Source: Syntrophales bacterium (GTDB taxonomy: Bacteria; Desulfobacterota; Syntrophia; Syntrophales; UBA2210). From it: DNA of 64,000 nucleotides. The translations under genes and the position numbers were made by a program. The stretch spans positions 416,001 to 480,000 of the forward strand of contig CAXXNF010000002.1 of NCBI GenBank assembly GCA_963666365.2, given 5' to 3'. Below the pieces are notes generated by a model, which worked only from the letters and a program-made list of their open reading frames with translations, ran no database searches and was not told where the DNA came from. Positions 34,536 to 46,012 of the stretch are shown piece after piece. The first letter of the stretch is position 1. The number at the start of each line of letters is the position of its first letter.

Positions 34536-36938
34536 ATGCCCCCAAAAAGAGAAACAGACAACAGGCTTGAGAAAACAAACGAAAAGGTGAGTCTGTCGGA
34601 ATCCAATTTAAAGGAAACCATAGCGAGACAGGAAGAAGAGCTCAAGGCGAATGAGAGAAAATATCGCTCACTGTTCACTTATTCGATGGATGCAATCCTC
34701 CTGACCACGCCGGACGGCGGCATTCTCGATGCAAACCTGGCGGCGTGCGACATGTTTGGCTGTTCTCTGGAAGAAATCAAACGCCTGGGACGTCAGGGCC
34801 TGGTGGATGAGACCGACCTCCGTCTGGACATCGCGCTGAACGAACGAACCGTCAAAGGCCGATCACGGGCCGAGATCACCATGATCCGCGCCAACGGCGA
34901 AAAATTTCCTGTGGAAATCACATCGAAAATTTTTATCGATGCCGATGGTCGGCAGAAGACCAGCATGATCATACGGGATATCACCAACCGCAGGCAGTCT
35001 GAGGATGCACTGAGGGAGAAAGAGGAGACGCTTCAGGCCTTTTTCGATGCGACGCACGAAAGCATGGTACTCATTGATACCGAGGGTACTATAGTCCTGT
35101 CCAATAAAACAGGTGCCCAGAGATTGGGTAAAACAATGGCTCAATTTGTTGCAACCTGCCTTTACGACCATTTTCCACCCGATGTGGCACAGTTCAGAAA
35201 AAAACATTACGACCAGGTGGTTGCCACGGGCGAGCCGGTGAATTTCATCGATTCACGCGCGGGAAGGATGTACGAACAGCATTGCTATCCGGCATTTGAC
35301 AAGGCGGGGAAGGTGAGCGGAGTTGCCATCTTCGCACAGGACATCACTGACCGCAGACGGGCCGAGCTGGAACGGGAAAAAGCCCTTGAGGCGCTTCGCG
35401 AAAGTGAAAAAAAGTACCGTCTTGTCGTCGAAAATGCCAACGACATTGTGTGGACCTTCGATCTGAATTCCATGAAATACAGTTTTGTTTCCCCCTCGGT
35501 GAAGCGCCTGTTGGGGTTTTCCGTCGAAGAGGCTACGAAAATATCGTTAAGGGACAGTTTCCCCCCGGATACCTTTAAGTATGTGGAAAGGTCTTTTGCG
35601 GCGCTTATTGCAGGAAGAATTAAAGATAACATATTGATTATAGAAGCAGAACATTATCATTGCAATGGCGCCTTAGTATGGTTGGAAATAAGCGCTCGAC
35701 CGATGCGCGACGCAAAGGGGGCGGTAACGGGATTTTCCGGTGTCAGTCGCGATATCAGCGCGCGCAAGCAGGCGGAAATCGAGAGGGAGGCGACGCTCGA
35801 AGCGCTGAACCGTTCCCAGGGCACGCTGTCAAGCATCATTGAATTTCTTCCCGACGCCACAGTGGTTATCGATAGAGAAGGGAAAGTGATTGCCTGGAAC
35901 AGAGCCATGGAGGATCTTACCGGCGTTCGAGCCGATGATATGCTGGGCAAAGGAAATTACGAGTACGGGCTGGTCTTATATGAAAAGCGACTGCCTATGC
36001 TCATTGATGCGGCCCTTCATCCCGAACTTGAGAGTCAGGTGGGACAAAACCATATAGAATACTGTGAGAATGCGCTGTATACGGAAGTGATGATACATAA
36101 TCGACAGGGAAAAGATTTATATCTCACTGCAACGGCGTCGGTGCTTCGGGATGCCGCCGGCGCCGTTGTCGGGGCCGTCGAGTCTTTACGGAACGAAATG
36201 GAACGCAAACATCTCGAAAAAAGACTTCAGCAGTCTGAGAAGCTGACCGCCCTGAGCCGCATATCGGCCGGCGTCGCCCATGAGATCCTGAATCCCCTCG
36301 GCATCATTTCTCTGGAATTGCAGCTTCTACAGGCCGAGGACGACATTCCCTCGACGGTGCACGAAGAACTGGACATCTGCATGAAGCAGGTGGAAAGAAT
36401 CGTCGCTATTGCAGACGACCTGAAGCAGCTTTCACGTGTTTCCAGCGATGTGATGATTCCCGACAATGTAAATGACGTAATTGCACAGGTGCTTCGCATG
36501 TTCAGATCACAGCTGAAACTTGAGGGTGTGGCCATCGAGGTGTGTTACGGGGAGGGACTTCCGAAGACGCTGTTGAATCGTCAGAAAATCGAACAGGTGC
36601 TGGTCAACCTCATTACGAACGCTCTTGCGGCCATGGAGGGCAAAAAAGAGCAAGTGCTTACCATAGAGACGGGGATCCATGAAAGAGATGACGGACGGTA
36701 TATAAGAACAGTGATTGCCGATACGGGCAGGGGCATTAAAGGTCATGATCTTTCCAGGATATTTGAACCGTTTTATACGACTAAGCAGCTGGACAGGGGA
36801 ATGGGGATGGGTCTTTCGATATCACACGGCATTATACAACAGCACGGCGGACGAATATGGGCTGAAAACAATGAAAGGGGCGGCGCATCTTTTTTTATTG
36901 AGATTCCGGTAAGGGTTGCCGAAAAGGAAAGTGAGTGA
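34536..36938 (+). CDS. Multi-PAS sensor histidine kinase
   Basis: Four PAS domains; H-box GVAHEILNPL; N, G1, F and G2 boxes. Confidence 0.93.
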   Translation: MPPKRETDNRLEKTNEKVSLSESNLKETIARQEEELKANERKYRSLFTYSMDAILLTTPDGGILDANLAACDMFGCSLEEIKRLGRQGLVDETDLRLDIALNERTVKGRSRAEITMIRANGEKFPVEITSKIFIDADGRQKTSMIIRDITNRRQSEDALREKEETLQAFFDATHESMVLIDTEGTIVLSNKTGAQRLGKTMAQFVATCLYDHFPPDVAQFRKKHYDQVVATGEPVNFIDSRAGRMYEQHCYPAFDKAGKVSGVAIFAQDITDRRRAELEREKALEALRESEKKYRLVVENANDIVWTFDLNSMKYSFVSPSVKRLLGFSVEEATKISLRDSFPPDTFKYVERSFAALIAGRIKDNILIIEAEHYHCNGALVWLEISARPMRDAKGAVTGFSGVSRDISARKQAEIEREATLEALNRSQGTLSSIIEFLPDATVVIDREGKVIAWNRAMEDLTGVRADDMLGKGNYEYGLVLYEKRLPMLIDAALHPELESQVGQNHIEYCENALYTEVMIHNRQGKDLYLTATASVLRDAAGAVVGAVESLRNEMERKHLEKRLQQSEKLTALSRISAGVAHEILNPLGIISLELQLLQAEDDIPSTVHEELDICMKQVERIVAIADDLKQLSRVSSDVMIPDNVNDVIAQVLRMFRSQLKLEGVAIEVCYGEGLPKTLLNRQKIEQVLVNLITNALAAMEGKKEQVLTIETGIHERDDGRYIRTVIADTGRGIKGHDLSRIFEPFYTTKQLDRGMGMGLSISHGIIQQHGGRIWAENNERGGASFFIEIPVRVAEKESE

Positions 36939-37327
36939 CAGGCATGGATGAAAGGGTCGAAGATAAGATACTGATTGCAGATGACGAAAGTGAGATTGTC
37001 AGGCTTTTGAAGCGATTTATGCAGTCTGCGGGGTTTAAGGTGTATTCGGCGATGGACGCGCAGGAGGCTGTCGCAAAAACGAGAGACCTTCGGCCGGATG
37101 CTGTGCTTCTTGACATTGTCATGCCAGGTGGCGGGGGTATTGAAGCACTGAAGGAAATAAAGAGAATCCAGCCGACAACAGCAGTCATTATGATAACCGC
37201 CGTTGTCGGCGACGAAATGATGCACATTTCACTGCAAGCGGGTGCAGACGGATACATACGCAAGCCCTGTGCGCTTTCCGAGTTGGAAGAGACCGTGAGA
37301 GATGCGATAAAGAAATATAGGCAATAG
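36935..37327 (+). CDS. Response regulator receiver protein
   Basis: ILIADDE, LLDIVMP and YIRKP. Confidence 0.9.
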   Translation: MTGMDERVEDKILIADDESEIVRLLKRFMQSAGFKVYSAMDAQEAVAKTRDLRPDAVLLDIVMPGGGGIEALKEIKRIQPTTAVIMITAVVGDEMMHISLQAGADGYIRKPCALSELEETVRDAIKKYRQ

Positions 37328-37350
37328 ATTAAAATAATAAGGAAAAGGGT

Positions 37351-38421
37351 ATGTCCGTACTGTCAAGAATGAGAGGGACCTCAAAAAAAGCAGGCTTGCC
37401 TCCGGGCACACTGGTGCATGTGGGGGAACGCAAAGCGGAAAAAGTCAGGATGCGAGTGATCGATTACAATGCGGATATACTTCACGAGAGCGAATTGGAA
37501 AATAGTGCGGAGCGCTATCCCTTTACAGACACCAAATCGGTGACCTGGCTGAATATCGACGGGCTCCATGAACCGGGAGTAATAGAAAAGATCGGTCATT
37601 ACTTCAATCTTCACCCCCTGGTGCAGGAGGATATCCTGCACACGAATCAGCGGCCGAAGATGGAGGACCATGAAGAGTACATCTTGCTTGTGGTACGGAT
37701 GCTCTATTACGATCAGGAAACCGACGCAGTCAAGTCCGAACAGGTGAGCATTATTCTCGGTGCACACTGCGTAATTTCTTTCCAGGAGTTGGAAGGGGAT
37801 GTGTTCGACCCCCTCAGAGAACGTATTCGTCAGGGTAAAGGGAAAATACGAAAACTGGGCGCCGATTATCTCGCCTATGCACTTATCGATATGGTGGTGG
37901 ATCATTATTTTGTCCTGCTGGAGAAACTAGGCGAACGCATAGCGGTCCTTGAAGATGAGCTGACATTCAATCCCCGTCAGCATACGATACAGGCCATTCA
38001 TTCGTTAAAGCAGGAAATCGTGTTTTTGAGAAAATCCCTGTGGCCGATGCGGGAAGTAATAAATTCATTGAGTCGAAGCGAATCCCCTCTCATCAGCCAG
38101 GAACTCTCACTCTATACGAGAGACCTTTACGATCACACAATTCAGGTGATTGATGCAGTGGAGACATACCAGGATCTTCTCTCAGGGATGCTGGATTTAT
38201 ATCTTTCAAGTATGAGCAACAAGATGAACGAGGTCATGAAGGTGCTGACCATTTTTGCCTCGATATTTATTCCATTGACCTTTCTTGCCGGTATCTATGG
38301 AATGAATTTTGAGTTTATGCCCGAGTTGAAATGGCGTTGGTCCTATCCGGTGCTTCTGTGCTGTATGTGTGCAGCCGGCGTGGGGATGCTGGCGTTTTTC
38401 AAAAGAAAAAAATGGCTCTGA
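37351..38421 (+). CDS. corA: Magnesium/cobalt transporter CorA
   Basis: GIYGMNF..MPEL signature. Confidence 0.96.
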   Translation: MSVLSRMRGTSKKAGLPPGTLVHVGERKAEKVRMRVIDYNADILHESELENSAERYPFTDTKSVTWLNIDGLHEPGVIEKIGHYFNLHPLVQEDILHTNQRPKMEDHEEYILLVVRMLYYDQETDAVKSEQVSIILGAHCVISFQELEGDVFDPLRERIRQGKGKIRKLGADYLAYALIDMVVDHYFVLLEKLGERIAVLEDELTFNPRQHTIQAIHSLKQEIVFLRKSLWPMREVINSLSRSESPLISQELSLYTRDLYDHTIQVIDAVETYQDLLSGMLDLYLSSMSNKMNEVMKVLTIFASIFIPLTFLAGIYGMNFEFMPELKWRWSYPVLLCCMCAAGVGMLAFFKRKKWL

Positions 38422-38452
38422 CGGGGCCTCTGAAACATATTGATTCGAATCA

Positions 38453-41293
38453 TCAGAAGGTATAGCCGATCGAAAAATGGAATCTTCCGCTGCGTTCATT
38501 CTCCCGAGGATCAAGTTTGACGCCGTAGAGAAATCCGATGGGCCCTATGGGGGTGAGGTACCGAAGTCCTGCGCCTACTGAAGAGCGAAATCCGTCGGAC
38601 CCGTAATTTCCCATGGTGCGTGAGACACTTCCCGTATCGAAAAAAGTGGTCAGTTCCACATTTCCTCCCAGATCGATTCGCGCTTCCATACTCCCCGACA
38701 GGGAAAGGCGCCCCCCGGCGGGATTTTCTGAGCTGTCGTACCGGAGCATGTTTTCGGAAAAGCCCCGCACATCGGAAATGCCCCCCAGATAGAAAAGCTG
38801 GTCCCGGGGCACCGTTCCGGAATCGCCGTACAACTGGATGAGCCCCGCTCTGGCAACGAAGGCGAAGGTGAGGCGTGGAAGCGGAGAAATGTAGTATCTC
38901 CCGTCAAATCGATATTTCAGAAAATCGTCAAAGGAATTTCTGATTCCCTTTGAAACATCAAATGAAAACGTGAAGAACATTCCCTTTCTGGGGCGGATGA
39001 AGGAATCGCGACTGTCGAAGCTGATTGCCGGGGTCGTCACAAGGATGCTGCGGGCGTTTCCAATGTCTGCTGCAGTGCTCGTACAGGAACCGTCGTCACT
39101 GCAGAAGAGTTCTTTCTGCTCAAAGCGGAATCCCAGTTCCGCGGCAAAACCGCAGGGCCATGTTCTTGCGAACTGAAGCGATGATCCATAGGTTTCTACA
39201 CCGAAATCCTGGTTGAATTCCTCCTTTTTTTCCTGGAATAGTGCGAGCGTTGCCGACAGGCTGGCGCCGAGAAACCGTGGTTCAGTGACGCCGAGGTCGG
39301 TACGGTACCCTATTTCGCTTATGGTGCTGCTCATCCACAGGTTTTTTCGGGCGCCCAAAAAATTCCGGTCACCGGTCTTCGCCTTTGCGTAAAGACCGCT
39401 TTGCGATTCATACCCGATCCCTGCCTGCACAAAATAGGGCTTTTTTTCCTTCACATCCACAATCAGATGAATAAGGCCGGTCTTTTCCGCAAGACCGATT
39501 GCCTTGAACCTGACAGAGCTGAATATGTCCATATTTCTTACATTACGCTGTCCCTGAAGCAGTCTGACCGGGGAAAACAGGTCGCCTGTCTGTATTCCCA
39601 TTTCATCCTCAATGAGCGTCCTCCTTGTTCTGAAATTGCCTGTTATGAAAATTTGCCCCACCTCTGCCCGGAGACCTTCATCAATGATATACTCCACATA
39701 TGCCTGTGATTGGTCGGTGCTTATGGATGCGGCATGTTCCACGGCGACATAGGGATGTCCCTTTTCAGCAATAAGAGATGATAGGATGTGCTTCTCGTTT
39801 TCAAGCATGTAGGGCCGAAAAGGTTCTCCCGCCTTCAAATTCAGGGCGTCAATGGCCTCTGCCTCGGAGATGACGGTAAGCCCTTTAATTGTTACGGCCG
39901 TGAGAATCGTGCGGGTTCCCTCTTCGATGAAAAATGTGATGACTGCAGAACGGCCTTTTGCGTCGGTTTCACCCCAGGCGACCTCTGTGCGAATCATTGC
40001 ATTGATAAACCCATGCCGGTTATAGAGAACTTTTATGGCCGCAGCATCTCTGTCGACATCTTCCCTGATGTAGGGGGTGTCTTTTTTTAAGATCGTGCCC
40101 TCTGTGACGAGTTCTTTTCTTATTTCGTCGTCGGGTACCATGGCATTGCCTGAAATTCTGATTTCTTCAATTCGAGAAAAAACCCCTTCGTTCACGGTAA
40201 ATGTGACCGTGCGGATGGATGTTTTTTCCTCAACAGCATCGTCGACGTCACAGGATACCGCAACGTCAGGAAATCCCGCGTTTCGGTAGCGTTCTTTGAT
40301 CTTCTTTATGCTTTTTCTGTAGATCCTGTCGCGTGTAATGCCCTCATGCAGAAACACCGCGTCTTCTTTCAGTTTCGAATCAGAAAACGCATGATTGCCG
40401 GTAAACCGGACACGGTATAGGGGACCTTCCGCAACGGTAAGATCGATGGTCACCTGCGCCTTCGGGGCATTTCTTAGCACTGATGCGTCGATAGCGCATG
40501 CCGCAAAGCCGAGGCTTCTGTAGTGTTCCGTAAGTCTTTCAATATCGTTGTGTACCTGGGCCTCGATGAATCGACCGGTGGTTCCCGGCAGATAACGGGT
40601 GCGCCATACCTTCATCTTTGACTTTAGGGTTGAATATTTAACACTCTGTTTATCTTTGATGTTGATACGATCCAGCTTCCAGTAGCGACCTTTCTCGACG
40701 GCAATGTGGAGCGTCACATTACCGCTCTCTGGATCGGCATCCGCCGTGATGCCTGCGCGGGGGTCCATGAATCCCTCGCGTTTAAAAAACTCCTCTATCA
40801 ATAGTGCTTGTCTCTGTTGTGTTTCGGCGGTGAAGATGTCACCGACAGAGACAGTCATGACTTTCAGGATATCCTTTTCAAAGAATGGATAGATCCCATC
40901 GATTTCAATATCCCTTATTAAGACAGCCGGCTGAAGATCGAAGAAGAGGGCGATTGCTCCGTCTTCATCCTTTGAGTCAACATGAATGGCCGAGAATTGT
41001 TTGCTCAGGCTGAGCGCTCTGATTGATGCGTCGAGCAGCGAAGCGGAAAATTCATGCCCCTCTTTTAAAAAAATGAGTGTCCATGCAAGCTCGATGAGCT
41101 TCTGATCGAACCCGGGACCTTTATGAATATGAAGAGAAATGTGCGATACCAACGCTTCGGGTCTTTGATCGGCTGTCTTTTCCGTCTCCTGACTGATGGA
41201 ACCGGCATGGATGAAGGGGGAGGGGGCCATACAGATGCAGAGACACAGCAATCCTGACAGGAGGCAGTGTATGTGGAATAGAGTGCGGTGCAT
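38453..41293 (-). CDS. Omp85/BamA-TamA family outer membrane protein
   Basis: POTRA repeats, FYLGGISDVRGF, GLRYLTPIGP and C-terminal FSIGYTF. Confidence 0.9.
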   Translation of the reverse strand: MHRTLFHIHCLLSGLLCLCICMAPSPFIHAGSISQETEKTADQRPEALVSHISLHIHKGPGFDQKLIELAWTLIFLKEGHEFSASLLDASIRALSLSKQFSAIHVDSKDEDGAIALFFDLQPAVLIRDIEIDGIYPFFEKDILKVMTVSVGDIFTAETQQRQALLIEEFFKREGFMDPRAGITADADPESGNVTLHIAVEKGRYWKLDRINIKDKQSVKYSTLKSKMKVWRTRYLPGTTGRFIEAQVHNDIERLTEHYRSLGFAACAIDASVLRNAPKAQVTIDLTVAEGPLYRVRFTGNHAFSDSKLKEDAVFLHEGITRDRIYRKSIKKIKERYRNAGFPDVAVSCDVDDAVEEKTSIRTVTFTVNEGVFSRIEEIRISGNAMVPDDEIRKELVTEGTILKKDTPYIREDVDRDAAAIKVLYNRHGFINAMIRTEVAWGETDAKGRSAVITFFIEEGTRTILTAVTIKGLTVISEAEAIDALNLKAGEPFRPYMLENEKHILSSLIAEKGHPYVAVEHAASISTDQSQAYVEYIIDEGLRAEVGQIFITGNFRTRRTLIEDEMGIQTGDLFSPVRLLQGQRNVRNMDIFSSVRFKAIGLAEKTGLIHLIVDVKEKKPYFVQAGIGYESQSGLYAKAKTGDRNFLGARKNLWMSSTISEIGYRTDLGVTEPRFLGASLSATLALFQEKKEEFNQDFGVETYGSSLQFARTWPCGFAAELGFRFEQKELFCSDDGSCTSTAADIGNARSILVTTPAISFDSRDSFIRPRKGMFFTFSFDVSKGIRNSFDDFLKYRFDGRYYISPLPRLTFAFVARAGLIQLYGDSGTVPRDQLFYLGGISDVRGFSENMLRYDSSENPAGGRLSLSGSMEARIDLGGNVELTTFFDTGSVSRTMGNYGSDGFRSSVGAGLRYLTPIGPIGFLYGVKLDPRENERSGRFHFSIGYTF

Positions 41294-41300
41294 GCCTTTC

Positions 41301-44300
41301 TTAGCGAAATTCAATCCGATAGTGAATTTCGCCTCCAAAAACCCCCTTATTGTCCTGGAATCCGCTAAGCAGGATGTTTTCCAGAAATTTATATTCTGCA
41401 ATGGCCCGTTGCGTCATTTCTCCCTCTTCCGTTTCAACGGAGTATTTCACCGCCATTCTTCGCGAAAGCTCCTTTCCGATAGTGACCTTGACGCGTTCAT
41501 CGGCCTGACCGGGTTCATCGGGCGTCGTTTCAACTTCAAAAGTGTCCAATCCGGTGGCTTTCTTAACATTCTCTCCCAGTGTGGCATTGACGATGTGAGC
41601 AACAATTGCTTCCATCGATGGGGCAGTGCGCCCTCCCTCGCCGCTCATCAGCTCTTTCGTTGTTTTGCCGAGAACAAGAAGTGAAATGATGTCGCCATGT
41701 TCTTCCGGGGGATCGGAGATCAGCCTGAAGGCGAGCCTGTCCGGCGTGCCCGATATCTTCAGCGTAATCACCCAGTCTCTCAGAGAAGTTTCACCGGTGA
41801 TATCGATTGTTGGTTCTGTCTTGTAAGGATTGAGGAAATCAACGACCCCTCGCGTGACGTTAAAGGCCCGCTTCTGATAGGTGACAGTCCCCGATTCCAC
41901 GGAGGTGCGGCCTTGCAGAACCGGACTGGTCACCGTACCCGAAATCCTCAAGTCCGGATGCACCTCAAGGTAGGCGATGTTATTGTCAACCACGAAGGGA
42001 TTCTTGGCCGTCACGGCGATATCTACAGCGACAGCGCTGAGAAATGACCGTTCACGGGGACCTCCCTCCTGCGGCGGCAGGGCCTTTTTTTGAAAGATCG
42101 CGTCTGCCACGTCGTGGATATTCACGTCGCGAAAATAATGTCCTTCTACAAGAACGAGTTCTCCCTTCAACAGAGCTTTTTCCGGCGTTCCTTCGAGGGA
42201 AAGTGTCGTATTCGCCACCATGCGCATCCTTTCCGGAACCTCAAAGGGAAGCTGATATCCCTTCAGCGCGATGCGAAACGATGCGGGTCGAAAATCGTCC
42301 ATCCCGATGGACCCCTCCAGTCCGAATGTGCCGGAGTCTAACGCCCCCTCCAGCCCGGCAATTATAATGGTTTGTTTCCGCCACTCGATCCGCCCTTTCA
42401 GACTGTGTACCCTTTGAGATAATGCCGATATGGTACATCCGGCCTTATGAATTTGTACGTCGGCGGCGATCGCCGGTTGCGATATCGTGCCGTTGATTTT
42501 TGCTGAAACCGTCAGGCTTCCGCCAATGTCCGTCACGGCATCCGTAAAGGATTCGAGAACCTTAAGGGGGATTGCTCCTTGAATGCCGGCGTTAAGAGAG
42601 CCATCGAGCAGGCCGTCGGCCGTGATGACCGCCTCGCCTTCATTGAGCAGGCGGAGTGTTGATTCGGCAAGAACGAACCGCCTGTCTGAAAGGGAAATGC
42701 TGATGTCCCGACCCTCTATTAACCGGGAAATTTCGGGTGACGAAACCACGATCTGTGCAATATCCGCCGATGCATGAATAGACTTCGGCCGTGAAATATT
42801 TCCCTTTGCCTCTATGTCAGCCGTCAGAAAACCGGACAGATTCGATTGACCGGCAATTAAGAAATAGGGTGCAAGATTCATGCGGTCGCCGGACAGGGAA
42901 AGAGAGAAGTCCCTTGTATCCAGATGGTATGAACCGTTCAATGCATAATCCGAAAGGCCCGATAGGGATAATGCGCGATCTTCAAGTGAGATGTTGAGAT
43001 CAAGGTCATGAAACCTGTGCCCCTTATACTGCAGTCCCTTGAAGAGGGCAGAGCCCTTTACGCGAGGATCGGCCAGAGAACCTTTTCCCTCGATAGAAAA
43101 TGAAAGGCGACCGTCCACCGGTGCGTCTTTGGCGATGATATCGAGTTTTCGAAGTGAGATGCCTTTCGATGCAAGAGACAGGTCGAACGTCCTGTCCCGG
43201 GATATCCATCCGTGACCTGTGAGCGCCTCTCCCGGGGCTACCTCTACACTGAATGAATCCGCTCGGAGTATGGCGCCGTGGATGGACCCGCGAAGATCAA
43301 TGCGTGTAACTTTTTGAAGGGGCGTCGAGATATCATGGGCTCGAAACTGCATTTCTCCCTCGGCCGCCGCGACGGTCCCTGTTATACGCGCCTTGAGTGA
43401 TGCCTCGCCGCCGATATCCTCTTTGAAATCATTCAAATCAGGGGAATGGGCGTGAATGTCAAGATCGAACCAGGGGTCGTCGCTCAGATGGAAACCGCCC
43501 TTTTGAAACGGTCGAATCGATCCCGAAAGCGTTATTGACGAGTTGCCCTTCGTGATTGCGAGATCATTGATTCCCATCGTTCCGGCCGCATCAAGATCGG
43601 CGATAACAGTCATGTCACCGACCATCTGTGTCCCGAAGTAAATGGATTTTCCCCATCCGCTGCAGTGCAGGGTGGGATGCGACAGGTTGCCTCCGATGAT
43701 CGATGTGAAGCCGGCGCGTCCCTTTATCCCTGAACCGCCGGCGAATTCGAGAAGATTTGCCACTTCCGGCGTCTCTGCCTCAATGTGTGCCTTCACCGCG
43801 CCGTCGGCGATCCTCAGAGTGCCTGCTCCCGACAGAGATGCGGTGTCCGACAGCACCGAAAGCTTTGAAAGGGTCACAATGCCCTTTTCGACGAAACATG
43901 CTGCCTGTGCTGAAATGTCATGATGCGCCTCGGAAGCAGCGGTCCTGAGGCGGCCTGTTGAAAGATTTACGGATGCCCGGGCGGACAGTTTTTGGGGCGC
44001 AATCCCCGTACCCTCAAGTGAAAGGGATGACTGCAATGCACCTCCCCGCACATTGAGTCCGGGGAAAAGCTTCGTAAGTTCCATCCCTTTCCCTTCACCG
44101 GCAAGGGTGTAGGCAAGGGCGTCCCAGTTGGGCGCAGTGCCGAGAAATCCTTGAGGGAACACGGGCTTAAAGTCCAGTGTTCCTTTTGCGTCAAACACGC
44201 CGGAGGCGGCATGAACAATGAGTGATGATATGGATAGTGAGCGGTCGTTCATAACGGCATTCATGTTGAGACGATCAACAGACAGGGAAGAGAGCCTGCC

Positions 44301-45212
44301 CCCCCTGTAGGCAAGATCCACGGACACAGAGGGATTATCCGCGACTCCGCTGATTTTCAGCTGCACTTTCGCTTCTCCCGTCAAGGGAACATTCAGCGCT
44401 GTCCATCTCGCTATTTCGGGCAAAGAAAGGGATGAGGCGCAATTGAGATCTAGTTCGGGTCTGTGGGCGACATTGCTCACTCTGCCGCGAAGAATGACGG
44501 AAGAAGACGCTGTTTCCGCACGTGCCAGCAAAGGATCAAGCGTCCCATTTTTGAAGACGGCCCTGATTTCAAAATCACTGAGATCAATCTTCCGTAAAGA
44601 ATCTTGAAAAGTTGCTGTATGCACGCGACAGACGCCCCGTGCCGATTGTTCATGGAGGTTTCCCGAGGCCGTAACGGCAAAGCCTTCTATCTGTAAACGC
44701 CCCTTGTGCTGGCCGAGATCAAAAAGCAAGGAACCGTCGGATATTTTGGCTGTCTTCACAACGAGGTTAAAGGGTAAAGACCCTGGCCCATCTTCAGGCC
44801 CTGCGTCTGATGAGGAGGCAAGGGCCCTGATGATGTTGAGTTCCCCCTGGGCGTTTTTCTCAATTGCCGCCCAGGGTTCCTTGAGGAACACCAGGGGAAC
44901 GGCGATGACGCCGTGCAAAAGATCTCTCCATTTTATGGAGGCGTATAATGTTTTAAATCCGGCGATGCGGTGCTTCTGCGGATCTGTAAGTGTGCCGCCC
45001 TGGATTTCAACGGACCCTTTTAACAGGGAAATATCAAGCTGTGTCCACTCAATTGTGCCTGGTATTCGAGAATTGATGGATGCACGAATATGTTGCCGGC
45101 CCTGTTCCGATCCAAGAAACAGGGAGGTTCCTCCAATAATCAACGCTGCGACGGTAAACAGAAGCGTTATGCAAAAAAGGAAAAGTCGTACTGCCTTTTG
45201 CATGGGTTTCAT
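41301..45212 (-). CDS. tamB: Translocation/assembly module TamB
   Basis: N-terminal anchor, long beta-rich body and C-terminal TamB domain; adjacent to the Omp85 gene. Confidence 0.88.
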   Translation of the reverse strand: MKPMQKAVRLFLFCITLLFTVAALIIGGTSLFLGSEQGRQHIRASINSRIPGTIEWTQLDISLLKGSVEIQGGTLTDPQKHRIAGFKTLYASIKWRDLLHGVIAVPLVFLKEPWAAIEKNAQGELNIIRALASSSDAGPEDGPGSLPFNLVVKTAKISDGSLLFDLGQHKGRLQIEGFAVTASGNLHEQSARGVCRVHTATFQDSLRKIDLSDFEIRAVFKNGTLDPLLARAETASSSVILRGRVSNVAHRPELDLNCASSLSLPEIARWTALNVPLTGEAKVQLKISGVADNPSVSVDLAYRGGRLSSLSVDRLNMNAVMNDRSLSISSLIVHAASGVFDAKGTLDFKPVFPQGFLGTAPNWDALAYTLAGEGKGMELTKLFPGLNVRGGALQSSLSLEGTGIAPQKLSARASVNLSTGRLRTAASEAHHDISAQAACFVEKGIVTLSKLSVLSDTASLSGAGTLRIADGAVKAHIEAETPEVANLLEFAGGSGIKGRAGFTSIIGGNLSHPTLHCSGWGKSIYFGTQMVGDMTVIADLDAAGTMGINDLAITKGNSSITLSGSIRPFQKGGFHLSDDPWFDLDIHAHSPDLNDFKEDIGGEASLKARITGTVAAAEGEMQFRAHDISTPLQKVTRIDLRGSIHGAILRADSFSVEVAPGEALTGHGWISRDRTFDLSLASKGISLRKLDIIAKDAPVDGRLSFSIEGKGSLADPRVKGSALFKGLQYKGHRFHDLDLNISLEDRALSLSGLSDYALNGSYHLDTRDFSLSLSGDRMNLAPYFLIAGQSNLSGFLTADIEAKGNISRPKSIHASADIAQIVVSSPEISRLIEGRDISISLSDRRFVLAESTLRLLNEGEAVITADGLLDGSLNAGIQGAIPLKVLESFTDAVTDIGGSLTVSAKINGTISQPAIAADVQIHKAGCTISALSQRVHSLKGRIEWRKQTIIIAGLEGALDSGTFGLEGSIGMDDFRPASFRIALKGYQLPFEVPERMRMVANTTLSLEGTPEKALLKGELVLVEGHYFRDVNIHDVADAIFQKKALPPQEGGPRERSFLSAVAVDIAVTAKNPFVVDNNIAYLEVHPDLRISGTVTSPVLQGRTSVESGTVTYQKRAFNVTRGVVDFLNPYKTEPTIDITGETSLRDWVITLKISGTPDRLAFRLISDPPEEHGDIISLLVLGKTTKELMSGEGGRTAPSMEAIVAHIVNATLGENVKKATGLDTFEVETTPDEPGQADERVKVTIGKELSRRMAVKYSVETEEGEMTQRAIAEYKFLENILLSGFQDNKGVFGGEIHYRIEFR

Positions 45213-45291
45213 ATAAAATGGGTGTGACGCGTTCCATAGTACACTTTACTGGTTTTTCACCTGACTGTTCTATAATCTACCGCGTGCACAC

Positions 45292-45663
45292 CTATTTGTC
45301 CGGCCTCTGTGCGGGCAGTTGAGACTGTTCCTGCTCCGGAACGTCTTTCTTGCGCCCCTCAGGCACATTACTTTCTTTTGCAGGCGCCGGCTGGAGTGCC
45401 GATACTTCTTTCTTAAGTTTTTTCAACTCCTTGCGAATTGTTCTCATTTTATTCCACAGGGCGATTCTCTGGGTGACTCCTACGACCATGCCGATAAGTG
45501 CACCGATGACGAATGCGATATAGATGACGGCGTAAAGGGGGCATTCAAATTTAAAAATTTTTAAGTAATAGTCAAGATGTACCGGAACGTTGTGTTTCGC
45601 CGCAAAGGTCGTCACAAACATTATAAGCGCCAACATAAGCAACGCTTTGAAATATTTACTCAT
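45292..45663 (-). CDS. LapA-family protein
   Basis: TM - NVPVHLDY - PLYAVIYIAF TM - coiled coil. Confidence 0.75.
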   Translation of the reverse strand: MSKYFKALLMLALIMFVTTFAAKHNVPVHLDYYLKIFKFECPLYAVIYIAFVIGALIGMVVGVTQRIALWNKMRTIRKELKKLKKEVSALQPAPAKESNVPEGRKKDVPEQEQSQLPAQRPDK

Positions 45664-46012
45664 GGGTTCACCTGTTTTCGCCTTTCCTTCGATTCCCTGT
45701 CATTAGTAATATGTGTACCACAACAATCCCAATCTAGAAACTCATTATATATGATTATTTCTTTTTCGCACATCTTTTGTATCGGGCAACCACCTTCCGG
45801 GAACATACAAAAAAGATGTCGTGGGAGCAAGACTTTATGTAATAAAAAGATTGTTCAATGGGGTGTACCCATACTGCAGGGGGGTAAGCGAGTTTAAAGA
45901 TTGCATTAATTCATTTTCTGAGTATAATTGCCGCGATTCGCTGTCCGGGAGGTTTCATGGGATAGCGTAGGAACGCCAAATAGGGGGCTTTCCCTTCAAC
46001 AAGAACGGTACT